A stretch of 64,000 nucleotides of DNA from assembly GCA_025786725.1 (NCBI GenBank), contig JAHLTZ010000005.1, positions 744,001 through 808,000 of the forward strand, given 5' to 3'. The notes under the pieces were generated by a model that searched no databases, was not told the origin of the DNA, and was given only the letters and a program-made list of their open reading frames with translations. This DNA comes from Syncephalis fuscata S228. Its lineage: Eukaryota > Fungi > Zoopagomycota. Below, one piece after another: positions 15,093 through 26,929 of this stretch. How positions within the stretch are numbered: position 1 is the first letter of the stretch; each line of letters begins with the position of its first letter. The position numbers and the translations under genes are program-made.

Positions 15093-17870
15093 TTATGCTG
15101 TATTTACAAATAAAGATATTATATGTTATATGATTAATTTATACTCTATCAATATATAATGTTACTTACGGCCTATTAATAGTAAGTTGTTGATACACAT
15201 GGTGCATAACATGTGATTAGTAAGTAATCAATTAACATACAATACAACTTACATGAGCCTAAGGTTGATTTATTGGTGAATACAGTACATGGTATATATA
15301 ATTAATGTATCGTCAATTAATATACAATACTAATTACCCTCTATTAATATTAAATAATCAGTACAATTAACAAATAGCATAGTTAATGTATAGTCAATTA
15401 ATATACAATATCGCTTACTCTCTATTAATATTAAATAATTGATACAATTGGTAAATAGTATAATTAATGAATAATCAGTTAATATACATTAACTCTTACT
15501 TTCTATTAATATTAAATTATTGATGTACATGGTACACGATATATAATTAGTTAATAGTCAATTAATATACAATACTACTTACTGCCTATTATATTAAGTT
15601 GTTGGCGCACATAGTGCATTGTATACAATTAGTGAATAATCATTAACATACAATACAACTTACAATCTATTAATGTTAAACAATCAGTACAATCAGTAAA
15701 TAGCACAGTTAGCGTATAACCAAATATAATATACAATATCACTTACAATCTATTAATATTAAATAATCAATACAATCAGTAAATAGTATAATTAATGTAT
15801 AATCAAATAATACACAATACAACTTACCCACTATTGATATTAAATAAGTACAATTAGTAAATATTATAGTTAATATCACTACCGCTTACCGCCTGTTAAT
15901 ATTAAATAATTGATACAATCAGTAAATAGTATAGTTAATGTATAGTCAAGGGATATACAATACAACTTACGACCTATTAATATTAAATAATTGGTACAAT
16001 CAGTAAATAGTATAGTTAATGTATAGTCAATAATATAAAATATTACTTACAATCTATTAATAGTAAATAATTATACAATCAGTAAATAACATAGTTAATG
16101 TATAGTCAACTAATATAAATATACTTACAGACTATTAATATTAAATAATCTACAATCAGTAAATAGTATATTAATGTATAGTCAATTAATATACAATACA
16201 ACTTACCTTCTATTAATATTAAATAATTGCTACAATCAGTAAATATCATAGTTAATATCACTACCGCTTACCGCCTATTAATATTAATAATCAATACAAT
16301 CAGTAAATAGCACGGTTAATATATATTAGTTAATATAATATCACTTACTAGCTATTAATATTAAATAATTAATACAATCAGTAAATAGCACAGTTAATGT
16401 ATAGCCAGATAATATAAATACAACTACCACTATTGATATTAAATAATCGGTGCAATCAGTAAATAATATAGTTGATATGTAATAACTATAATATCACTTA
16501 CGCTCTATTAATATTAAACATTGGTACAATCAGTAAATAGTATATTTGATATATAATGATTATAATATCACTTACGCTCTATTAATATTAAATAATTGGT
16601 ACAATCAGTAAATAGCATAATTAATATATGGTTAGTTAATATGCAACACCACTTACCCCCTATTAATATTAAATAATTGGTATCATTAGTAAATAGCATA
16701 GTTATTTATAGTGAGTTAATATGCAATGTTACTTACTAACTATTCCAGCAGTTATTGATGCACAATGCATGACACAATTAATTTATAAGCCAGCACATAC
16801 AATGCTACTTACTGCCTATTAATATTAGGTTATTGATATACATAATATAATTAATGTATAAACTACCAATATACAATGCTACTTACAAGCTATTAATATT
16901 TGTTGATACACACAATACATAAATATAATCAGTGAGTAATTAGTTCATATACAATACAACTTACCAGCTATTGCATTGAATTGTTGATACACATAGTACA
17001 TTATGTATAATTAGTTCATAGTCAGTTAATATGTAATGTTTCTTACCAACTATTCCATCAGGTTATTGACATACAATGAATGACACATAATTAATACATA
17101 ATTAGCTAATATGCAATGCTACTTACTGCCTATTATTATTAAGTCATTATACACAATACACGATATGTAATTAGTCAATGCTCAATTGATATACAATATA
17201 ACTTACAATCTATTAATATTAAGTTGTTGACATACACGGCGCATGGTATAAAATTAACGTATAGTCATTTAATACACACTACACTTTACCCTCTATGTCA
17301 TTAAGTTGTTGATACATACAATACATGATATAATTGATTTATAAGTTATTAATATACAATATCACTTACTGCCTATTAGTATTAGGTCATTGATACAGTG
17401 CATAACATGCAATTAGTAAGTAATCAATTAATATACAATACAACTTACATTGCTCTAATATTAAGTTATTGATGGATGTAGTGCATGACACATAATTAGT
17501 GTATCTCTATTGATATGCAATACAACCTACTAGCTATTAATATTAGTTTATTGATAAACACAGTGCATATCATGTAATTAGTAAGTAATTGATTAATATA
17601 CAATACAACTCACATAGTTCTAATATTAAGTTGTTGATGAATACAGTACATGATACATAATTAGTGAGTAGTTGGTTAATATGCAATATCACTTACGACC
17701 TATTATAATCATTAGTTAAAAATACTATTAGTAAACATAATTCGATAATATATTTGTTAATACTGCAACATACCACCACGACGAACTAAAGTTGGTTTAG
17801 CATCCACCATGGATGTACTGGCCACAATAGCCACGACAATGGTGCAAACGGCGGCAATAGAAAGCTTCAT
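15093..17870 (-). CDS. Micro-exon gene encoding a 69-aa secreted six-cysteine peptide precursor (35 exons: leader, 33 micro-exons, terminal)
   Basis: Exon 1 (17870-17774) encodes MKLSIAAVCTIVVAIVASTSMVDAKPTLVRRG plus 1 nt, followed by a GTATGT donor. Each repeat unit on + reads cttac-NNN-ctatt, i.e. on - acceptor AG / exon / donor GTAAG. Concatenated exons give GQLSKQCKDCIAACIREQLASEVYCRVDYCKKKGSCP and stop TAA at 15095-15093. One unit (16428) needs 1 base restored. Confidence 0.9.
15098..17773. repeat. Tandem array of ~34 related introns (unit 62-85 bp, mostly ~80)
   Basis: Approximate consensus (+): ctattaatattaaataattggtacaatcagtaaatagtatagttaatgtatagtcaattaatatacaatacaacttac, separated by variable 3- or 6-nt spacers. 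Confidence 0.95.
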
Positions 17871-18246
17871 GGTGATATTGATTTGTTAAGACAAACAAAT
17901 AAAAGAGATAGTAGAGTGTGGTTGGTATAGAATGGAGAGTAGTGCGTGTATAGCAAGAAGTAGAGTGTGATAATGATATTCTAGTTGGTTGTGTATATTT
18001 TGTGGGCTATTTATACTTATGATTATGCTGAGATGCCAGTATACTGTAGTATATGAGGTACAACATTGATGTGTAGTATAACCAATAAAGCAATCCAAAT
18101 AATGATTTGAGGTCCGCGTGTACCAATAGATTGATGACATGATAAAACACCCCAATTTTGATTTCAACCTGCTCGGCATTTACACAGATAACGCGGCAAT
18201 TCCAATGAGCAGTACATATGCGATAGAAACATGTACATTATTCTGC

Positions 18247-18612
18247 ATTTTTTGTTACACAATTTAACTATTTGGTAAAAACAAGTATATTATTTAGTTT
18301 TGTAAAAGCGATAGTAATGTCTTTGCCGCCATTTCTACCGATTCAGTCCTCAATATCTGCATGCATACTAAACAGCACACAACCTGCCCAGTCTTTACTT
18401 CAATCTGTTAGTCATTTGCACGAGTGCTGTAGCGGTGTTATAATCCAGTACATATGATAAAAATAGACATATTCGCCTGTATTTTTGTTACACAGTCTAA
18501 CTATTTGGTAAAAACAAGTATGTTGTTTGGTTTTGTAAACATGGTAAAGACGCCTTTGCTGCCATTTCTACCGATTCGGTCCTCAATATCTGCATGCATA
18601 CTAAACAGCACA
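18247..18612. repeat. ~130-bp direct repeat upstream of the micro-exon gene
   Basis: 18247-18379 matches 18481-18612 (tttttgttacac...aactatttggtaaaaacaagtat...gccatttctaccgattc...ctcaatatctgcatgcatactaaacagcaca). Confidence 0.85.
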
Positions 18613-19649
18613 TAGTACTGGCGCAAAAACAAGTCTAATATATCAAAATAATATTTTTATACACATTTTTACTGCTGTACATAGGTCAGCCATAATTTTT
18701 AAATTATAAAATGTATTGATTGGTACATGTATGCATTTCATTCGACACTATGCCCATTGTTATCGGGTAATCATTGCTTTGAATTCACAATGTATCACAT
18801 CCAGGCATATCATGCCACATGCTGTGCAACTACCATCATTCAAATGACGGCTAATCTAAATTACCTGAAATCAATTATACAATAAGTACTATTTGTAGGG
18901 TGATGCATCATAGCATTTTGAGCAATGGAACATTCCAACAAGTCATTTTCGTCATCAGTTTTCAGGTGTAGACTAAATTGCATCGGCTAGATTGCACACA
19001 ATACAATATGCAGACACTAGACTAAACACAATAGAAAGTTCTGCTCAAATATCAGCAATTTCAAGTGCATAATATCAATGGGCTGCATATCAACCGGTAA
19101 TCATCCAAGGCCTAACTGCTGTCCACATTTCTGAAACCACTTCTGACAAGTCAAGCAAGATGGAATATAGAAAAACAATTAACAGCTCAAAGGCTTACTG
19201 GTTTAACCTATAGCAAATTATTATAGCTATGCTAATATAACTATATTTATCAAAAGTTGACCGTTGCTGATGCAATTAGAACAGCAGCAATATTAAACAG
19301 ATAACGCACAGAAAACAGAGAGCTGTAGATAGAACTAAAGCAATAAGTTTTAGTAATTAAATAACTTATTATTGTCACTATACTTTATAATTCTGGTTGT
19401 TTGTATGAATAAATATTTACAGTCACATTGTAACTTCTTATATACTCACATTTATACAACCACCAACTAAGCCAATTATTATAAGACTTAATCTAATATT
19501 TATCAGAGTAAACAGCTAGTATTATACACTATTGCAATATAAAAACATTTTTTATTTATTGATTATTAATAAAAGTGTATAGCTATATATTAAAATAAAA
19601 CAAAACATCGGATTGAGCGCGCAATATTTATATGGTCAAGTCATTTTTA

Positions 19650-20410
19650 CCTTGACTTCACATTTTTTATTTATCATTTCACCGTCTTTCTTATCGCTAT
19701 CTTATCGTTCTATTCAGTAATATATATCTGATAAGCCAAATATAACAATATAAATAGCATGCGTATTTTAACATCAATAAAAAACATATTCAATCCCTAG
19801 TCTTTATTCTCTTATTTTACACTAATATCTTTCAAGTAACCTCAACGGCATGCCGTATCTTCTGGTTACAACTGTCGCCCCAAGATCTTTCTGGTGAAGA
19901 TACTCAACCTATCATTATTGATAAGATAAAGGCCATCTGTTTCATCAATAGTCGGCAAAGATCTGCGTCTACAAGTTGATACCAAGAGTGCTTAAGACAA
20001 TGGTGAACATCAGAAATGCTGATCTCCTACTTCTTGTCGCCATAAACCAGTATCTTACATCGTAAATCTCCATAATACAATATTAGAATATTAGAAAATA
20101 GAAAAAATATTCAGACGCAAGAAATCACACTGTTGTAGGTGCAATAACAAAAATGCGGAACGATATGGAATTGCAGTCTAATGGCCTCTATTAATACTCA
20201 ATCAATCTTCTTAGACATGGCCAACAACAACAATAGTCGGCCTCAAATGTTCCAAGGAAATTAAATGATATGTTACATTACTTATTTAAATTAATTTATT
20301 AACAATATTTTAATAGAAAATAATATAAACATGTTCCATATAGCAGTGCGACTTTAATTGGAACGAACTTTGCTATGGGGATTTCAAATGTGAAAATCAA
20401 AGTAAAATAG
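19650..20410. repeat. Dispersed repeat family, copy B
   Basis: Near-identical to copy A over ~19700-20080. Confidence 0.9.
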
Positions 20411-20786
20411 TTCTTTAATCCGGAATGAAAATACTAGACTATCTCAAACTAATACAATTACTGCCGAGAACGCAGGCTTGTTTTCCAGTAAGACTTTTAA
20501 GACATCAAAAGTAAGTTTTTATTTAAATATTTAAATTATTACTGATACAATTTTCTGTTACATTTAATTATATTTTATGGAAATGATTAAACAATATTTC
20601 AAAATTCGATAATGCAAGCATATCTTGTAATGCCAATTATTAAATTATTTCCGCACTTTTAACATAATTTCTACCTTTTTAACAATTACGTTTATTATAT
20701 AATAAACATATTGCTAAATTGTTTTAATTAAACAATAAACTATTATAATGGTGCACACGTAAACGTAAATAAGTATTTTATTCCCG

Positions 20787-22469
20787 TTATGCTTGCTTCT
20801 CCTGCATTTGCTGTTCGGCAAGCTGTTCGGCAAGCTGTTTACGGGCATCAGAAAGCATAACTTGGAATGCTGCGTAAACACCGTCTACAACGTGACGTGC
20901 CTGGTTGGGATAGGCGGGCGAATCGTCAGTAATCGCGTTGTACCAGACATTTCCGTTATATGAGGATATGCCCATTGAGGTTAGACCTAAGGAAAGAGAT
21001 GGCGGCAAGGCAACAAAATCGAGGCAGCGATGTTTTTCCTCTCCATTTGAAATATAAAGCGTTTTGTTGGACCAGGAACATTGGTAACTACGCCATGGGC
21101 ATTGTTTATGACGTGTGTCATACTAGATTACGCATTAATATAATTAATAATGATTGTTAAATTTCAATTATTTAGATTACTTACCCTGAGATCGAATAAA
21201 GGCCTGGTGCCACACTGCTCATGAGACGTACGCCCATACTCATGAAAAACGCATTAAAGATGTCTTGATCTTGTCCATATGCTTCTTGGCGTTACTGATC
21301 GCAGCATCGGGTGTTGTGGACGAAGGTAGAAGCGGAAGTTTCAAGTATTCTAGACTAGCAAGATTTTCGATACGGTTGTCACCAGGAAGACGGAGGCCCT
21401 TTGGTATAATAATGCTTAATGCATTGTCGCGGCCGTGTCTTCTCAAGGGTATTCGTGAGTGTCTTTATCAATGGCATCGAAATACGCGGCAAATGAACGT
21501 TCCATACAAGCTAGCATAACATCGTTAAGCGTTGCTCCTGGATGGGCGGCACGAACTATTTTAATGTCATCCATAGGTATTGGCTTCGACCAGGAAATAC
21601 GCTTCTCGCTAACTTGTGGCCCATCATACATAAAGCCTTTACGTTTAAATGTCCTTCCGTGGATTGTGACCAAAATAAGCTGCCATATACCAAGTAAGAA
21701 ATTCCAAAAGGCCGTGAAAATATTGCCTCTAGCTGCTTTTATTCTATCTTGTGCCTGACGTATTTCTTCGTCCGAAACCTCCAAGCCATCCATCATTGAG
21801 CTAAGAGCAATAATAAAGCCTTGTCCATCAGTAATGGAGTGGTGTCCACCAAAGCCAAATATTGAGCGATTACCCGATACACCACGTATCAGTATCGCAC
21901 GCCATAATGGATAATCCATATTGAAAGGCTTCCATACAAAATCACCGATAACATTTCGATCATCGTACGCTCATACTCCTCTTTCTCCGCATCAGAAAGA
22001 CCCTCCATTGCGCTAAGATCCACGTCTTAACTTGGAGATTGTCCTTGACGGTCCAATCACGCTCGATCTCTTTAGATTCACCTGCGTCGTCGACTACCGT
22101 CTCAACAATGGGCTCAAGGTCAGCCCATCGACCCAATTTCCAAAGTGTGCCCGGAATACAACGTTGGCGGAATTTTGGATGACTATCCCTTAGTCTTTCC
22201 AATAGCGCCAAAGCAGTGCTAGGCTGCATATCGCCTTCAACCCAGGTGTATGATGACACGCTGAAATTGCACTCGGGCGTCGTCGTGCGCATGTAGAGGT
22301 TGTCATAGCCTTGCAGTTTCGATGTATTGGTGGGCTTGGACTTCTTTTTGGTCTGCTTTGGTGTCTCTACTTTAATGCTCGTGGGGATGATCTTAGCCAT
22401 CGACTCCTCAGTGCAGTGAGACTGATCGTCGGTATGATCATCAGGAATATCAATCACATGTGTCGCCAT
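20787..22469 (-). CDS. Wax ester synthase/diacylglycerol acyltransferase (WS/DGAT)
   Basis: Catalytic HHxxxDG (GHHSITDGQG), PLWRAILIRG, ATLNDVMLA, TNVPGP, C-terminal SMGISSYNGNV. One intron ~21123-21185 and several 1-nt shifts. Confidence 0.9.
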
Positions 22470-25326
22470 ATTAAATTAGATTAAAGAAAATAGTAATAAA
22501 ATGTGTAGATGTAATATAATCAAACCAATTTTGCTACAAATAGCTCAAGCCGTGTAACGTGCCTCAGTTAAAAACAATATAGGGCGACTGTTGTATTGTT
22601 GCGGGTATACAGTAATATAGATATATAGACAGTTTTTGAAGATTAATAGTGAAATTCTAACTTTAACAGAAATAGAATATATATATACGTATGTGGTGTT
22701 GTCGATTGACAAACAAATTTGTTGAAATTAAAAGAAACGACATTAGCTTGCCCACAACGAAAAGGCCAAGTTTAAGCACATGGTTACACGACAGGCTATG
22801 GCATAAACGAGTTTAGTATCAGTATCATTGTTATTGGCATCACCACTGCGCTTTCTATGGTTGTTAAATCCCATGGATCCAATCAGTGATTATTCTTGAT
22901 TCGTGCACACGCAATGCCAAAAAGCATTACTAGTTTGTACATCGACTTACGACAATAGTCGTATTGTGCAAAAAAACCTGATTAACGTGCTTTACCGGTT
23001 AATAAAACGGTATTCACCAGAGGCAAAGCATGCATGATCATGGGTGTGTTGATCTGAACAAATGAACGTTGTATTTGAGCTTCAAGCTATGCTAAGTCAC
23101 CATATGTATCAATTGTTGATTTTGCCAAGTTGTTTGGCTTATGGCATGTTCATTTTGTTATAGACAAACAGTAAGATTGTATGAATTCTATCAGACTTGT
23201 TAAAATTTGTAAAAAAGTATATCGGAAATGTTGGGCAATTAACAGTTTAGCGTGTTTATTTGATGTAGAAATCCAAGTATATTTTAAGCATGTATATGTG
23301 TGCGCGTACCAAAAAAGAACAGCTAAATGTACTGATAAACGCTACACTGGCAACGATACAACGAATAAGCATGTAGTTTGCGATGGCTGATCCGATTGGT
23401 TTTGCTCAGCCGCAAAGTACTCAACCACGCATGATTGCACACCATTGTGATTAGCAAGCAGTTGCAAGTGGTGAAATCGCCATGAGATCCTGGGGGTGGC
23501 TATTGAGCGATGCGATATCTATAAGCGCACATCAAACGAAATGATATCGATTAAAGTAAATACACGCACATATGCACACACACACAATATATATATATGG
23601 TATAGTATTAAATATATAGACTATAAAATTATAAAATTATAACTTTAAAAAACATGAATACATGTATCATGTAATAAAAAAGAATAGATCAAGTATTAAA
23701 TTAGCAATAGCTTATTACTGCTTGGCTATTACAAAAATCTAGGTAGAAATCTGGATAGAAATTTAAGGCAAATTGAAAATAGAATTCTATTTGCATGGAA
23801 AACTTGAAATTGTTCACTGGTCGTAATATGATTTACTCTATGATATCAGCATGACGTTTAGCATGTGCGTCAGAAAATGAATTAAAAAATAAGTCCATGA
23901 AGCGTTAAAGTTGCTATCATAATCATTACAAAATATGATGCACAATACGTTCAAAAGTTCTTGGTATTAAGAATACCGAGTTGTGACTATCGTTTATGTG
24001 CGCAAATTAGCAAAAGACATTGTACTAATATATTGATATATATAGCCAATATTGCCATCATGACTTCGGCCATACACCTGTATTTTAACAGCTATTGTTG
24101 GAGCTTGTGCCGGTTTTGAAACTGATATGATTGATTTGAAAACTTGAATAGCTTATTATACGGTTTAATAATAATAGCGCAAGTTTGCCCAATCATTAAC
24201 AGTGGCGGTATGTATGCGGTCCATATTGAATATCAAACAACTTACACAGTAATCGCCTGAAACTACCATGTGGATGATTGTTACAGAAATCCATGGTCAT
24301 TTAGCACTAAGACTTGTACATCATCCCTTATTTGAAAATATTATTTCAATAAACTACTGAACTTACTTGAAATTTTGTATCAGCTTGAAAAAACAATTTA
24401 TTTTTTACACTCATATTATAATTAAATGTGCTATTTGTAAAACAAAACATGCTAACACAGTAATTTACTTGATGTTTGCTATATCATTACTTAAATTACA
24501 CATATCGCATAAATTGTTCACAGTAAATTATTGTCATTAATGATTGCAATGACAATTTAAAGCCCATTAAAACGTATTAATAATTCAATTAAACCATTGA
24601 TTCGAAGTAATTGGCAGTCACTCAAGTGCACATTTGTGTGGTAGCACAATGTAACCATTGAGTACTATTTCACAATGTAGTTTACCAACCATTAATTGAT
24701 GGTAGCTAGCTACTTTGATCATTGTTGGTAAGGACTTTTAAGAATCAAGACCTTTAATGTTATCAGATCTCTGCCATCAATACACTTTATTAACTTATAA
24801 TTGTATATTAATAGCTACCATTTATTTATATCACTTAAATGTCAGTGTATGGCATAAATTTAGCCGGTAAACCTCACCCAATATTGTTTAAACAGATGAT
24901 AGCCTGGCTTGATCTCTATACTATATAGATGTATAGATCAAAATCAGCATTTGGCAGTCAGCATCAATTCATTAGAATTAAAATGAAAACCGTCACATTA
25001 TGCCATCTTTTGTTGGTATGGTATAATTGATTGTTGATAACAATGGCGACAAAAGGTCGGACTATTTTAGGAATGTGCGAAAATATAACAGCAAAATCTT
25101 CAGGCGTTCAAGTTACACTCACTTTCCACGTGTATCTCGATCCTTAATTGAATCCCAGACATGAAACAACATTATTGTTTTCCCGCTTACTTGCTAGCGA
25201 TAAAACACATCAAACGCACATCGGTGACCTAATAAAACCAAGCAGTTTTGCCTATTATTCTGAAATGTTTCCCCCAGTAGTTCACCTTCTGATTTTTCTC
25301 TTGCTCAGTGCCAACAGCGTATAGTC

Positions 25327-26808
25327 ATGCTGTTCCATGCTAGTCAGAAAGTTCTTGTCAGTATCGAGCTCCAGGAGAGCGCTGCAGTACTACGCGGCAA
25401 TGCAGAGGAGTCCGTGGGCACCGTTCTACGTGGCGCTGTGGTCGTTACCGTAGCGGAAGAGTGTCGCGTCCGTAGCATTAGTGCCCGCTTCCGAGGTCGA
25501 ATGCGTTTATGGTGGAATAAAGGTATGCAGCAACAACTACAGCAATTCAGTACAAGCGCCCTTTTAATACCCGATTGTCAATGGATAGACGGCGAGCCGC
25601 ATCATACGGTTCGCGAAGAAAAACGCACACTTATTGAGCGTATCTGGACTTTTCTGCCCCACGGCAAACATTCACATACAATGCGGCCAGGTGTTTATCG
25701 ATATGCTTTTGAGGAACTATTACCGGGTAATCTTCCGGAGACAGTTTGCGTCGAATACGGCAAGGTTAACTACCAAATACTCGCTACTGTCGAACGACCC
25801 ATGCTTCACCACAATCACACTGCTGAGCGGGAGGTGCGTATTGAACGTCATCTGTACCCAATTCCCCTCGATTGGCTTGATACGTGCCAAGTGTCGGATG
25901 TGTGGCAGCACCGCGTTGCGTATTCAATGTCTATACCTGCCCGCGCCGTCGGCTCTGGTGATGTCGTGCCTATTCGAGTGGAGTGGCAGCCAGAGCGTGA
26001 GGACACCCGTGTACGCGGTGTTATTTTCACGCTTGTGGAACACGTCCAATACCGTCCTAATCACTTGGTAATCCAGCGCGACCAGCGTTGTGTTGCCCAG
26101 CATTCGGAAAAACTAATAGACCAGAATGGCAGCGGTGGCAGTGGTGACTGGTCGCGTACTTTTTTCTTCCGTTTGCCAGACAGTGATTATCGTCATCCTA
26201 CGCACCGTGTTCAGTGTGATTGTCGTACAACTTGGATTCGTGTAAAGCATCGGCTACGTGTTCATGTAGTATTCGAAGATGGCCTAGGTGCCGCTAAAGT
26301 CTATGGTATTATTCCTATTGTTGTGCTATCGCAATCACCGCGTAATCTTGATGTGGATCCACCTGGCTATGAAAACTATCAACGAGGCGCACTTATTATG
26401 AGTGCGCCAGTAACACCAAGACCTGCTTCTATTGCTGACGATAATGATGAGGATGATAATGGTACTAACGACAATGATGTAGGCAATATAAATAGCGAAC
26501 TTGAACTTTCTGGTTTACAACGACGTCAGTTAAGACGTACCTCTTCCATTCCGTCCACAAGAGAACTGGGACGACGTGCACAAGCAGTATCGATGACACT
26601 GGAGGGATTTCCCGCTCTTAATGAGCCTTCAGCGCCATTTACTTCGTATATACCAAGCTCCATTCCTTCTTGGGCAGGCAATTTTGCCGCACTACCTTCT
26701 TACGAATCGGTTATTCGCCACCGACAAAACTCGCTACCGCAATACAACGAAATTGTGGCCAATTTCGCGGCACTCAACATACAAAATTCTACACCTCAGC
26801 TTTCATAG
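25327..26808 (+). CDS. Alpha-arrestin (ART-type Rsp5 adaptor)
   Basis: VLRGAVVV, PGVYRYAFEELLPGNLPETVCVEYGKVNYQILATVERP, IRVKHRLRV; PY motifs PPGY, LPSY, LPQY. Probable in-frame intron ~25523-25588. Confidence 0.9.
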   Translation: MLFHASQKVLVSIELQESAAVLRGNAEESVGTVLRGAVVVTVAEECRVRSISARFRGRMRLWWNKGMQQQLQQFSTSALLIPDCQWIDGEPHHTVREEKRTLIERIWTFLPHGKHSHTMRPGVYRYAFEELLPGNLPETVCVEYGKVNYQILATVERPMLHHNHTAEREVRIERHLYPIPLDWLDTCQVSDVWQHRVAYSMSIPARAVGSGDVVPIRVEWQPEREDTRVRGVIFTLVEHVQYRPNHLVIQRDQRCVAQHSEKLIDQNGSGGSGDWSRTFFFRLPDSDYRHPTHRVQCDCRTTWIRVKHRLRVHVVFEDGLGAAKVYGIIPIVVLSQSPRNLDVDPPGYENYQRGALIMSAPVTPRPASIADDNDEDDNGTNDNDVGNINSELELSGLQRRQLRRTSSIPSTRELGRRAQAVSMTLEGFPALNEPSAPFTSYIPSSIPSWAGNFAALPSYESVIRHRQNSLPQYNEIVANFAALNIQNSTPQLS

Positions 26809-26929
26809 CGCTAAATTAATATCAAGTAATTAGATCTGGCCCCTCCCCCTCCCCCTTAGTAGGCCACTCCATTTATTCATTAATATTTGCATCAACATAA
26901 TTATAAATTGTAATGTCATAAAGTATTCT

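Noticed and set aside
15098-17773. CRISPR array or plain minisatellite
   Set aside because: Eukaryotic context, no cas genes, and spacers of only 3-6 nt. Repeat ends are spliceosomal splice sites and the spacers form an ORF.
6202-22469. Biosynthetic (RiPP-like) cluster of methyltransferase, UGT and acyltransferase around the peptide gene
   Set aside because: These are generic enzyme families lying kilobases apart. There is no DUF3328 or other peptide-tailoring enzyme and no evidence of co-regulation.
22500-25300. Further hidden micro-exon array in the long intergenic region
   Set aside because: No periodic cttac-NNN-ct or ag-NNN-gtaag pattern and no leader exon found.
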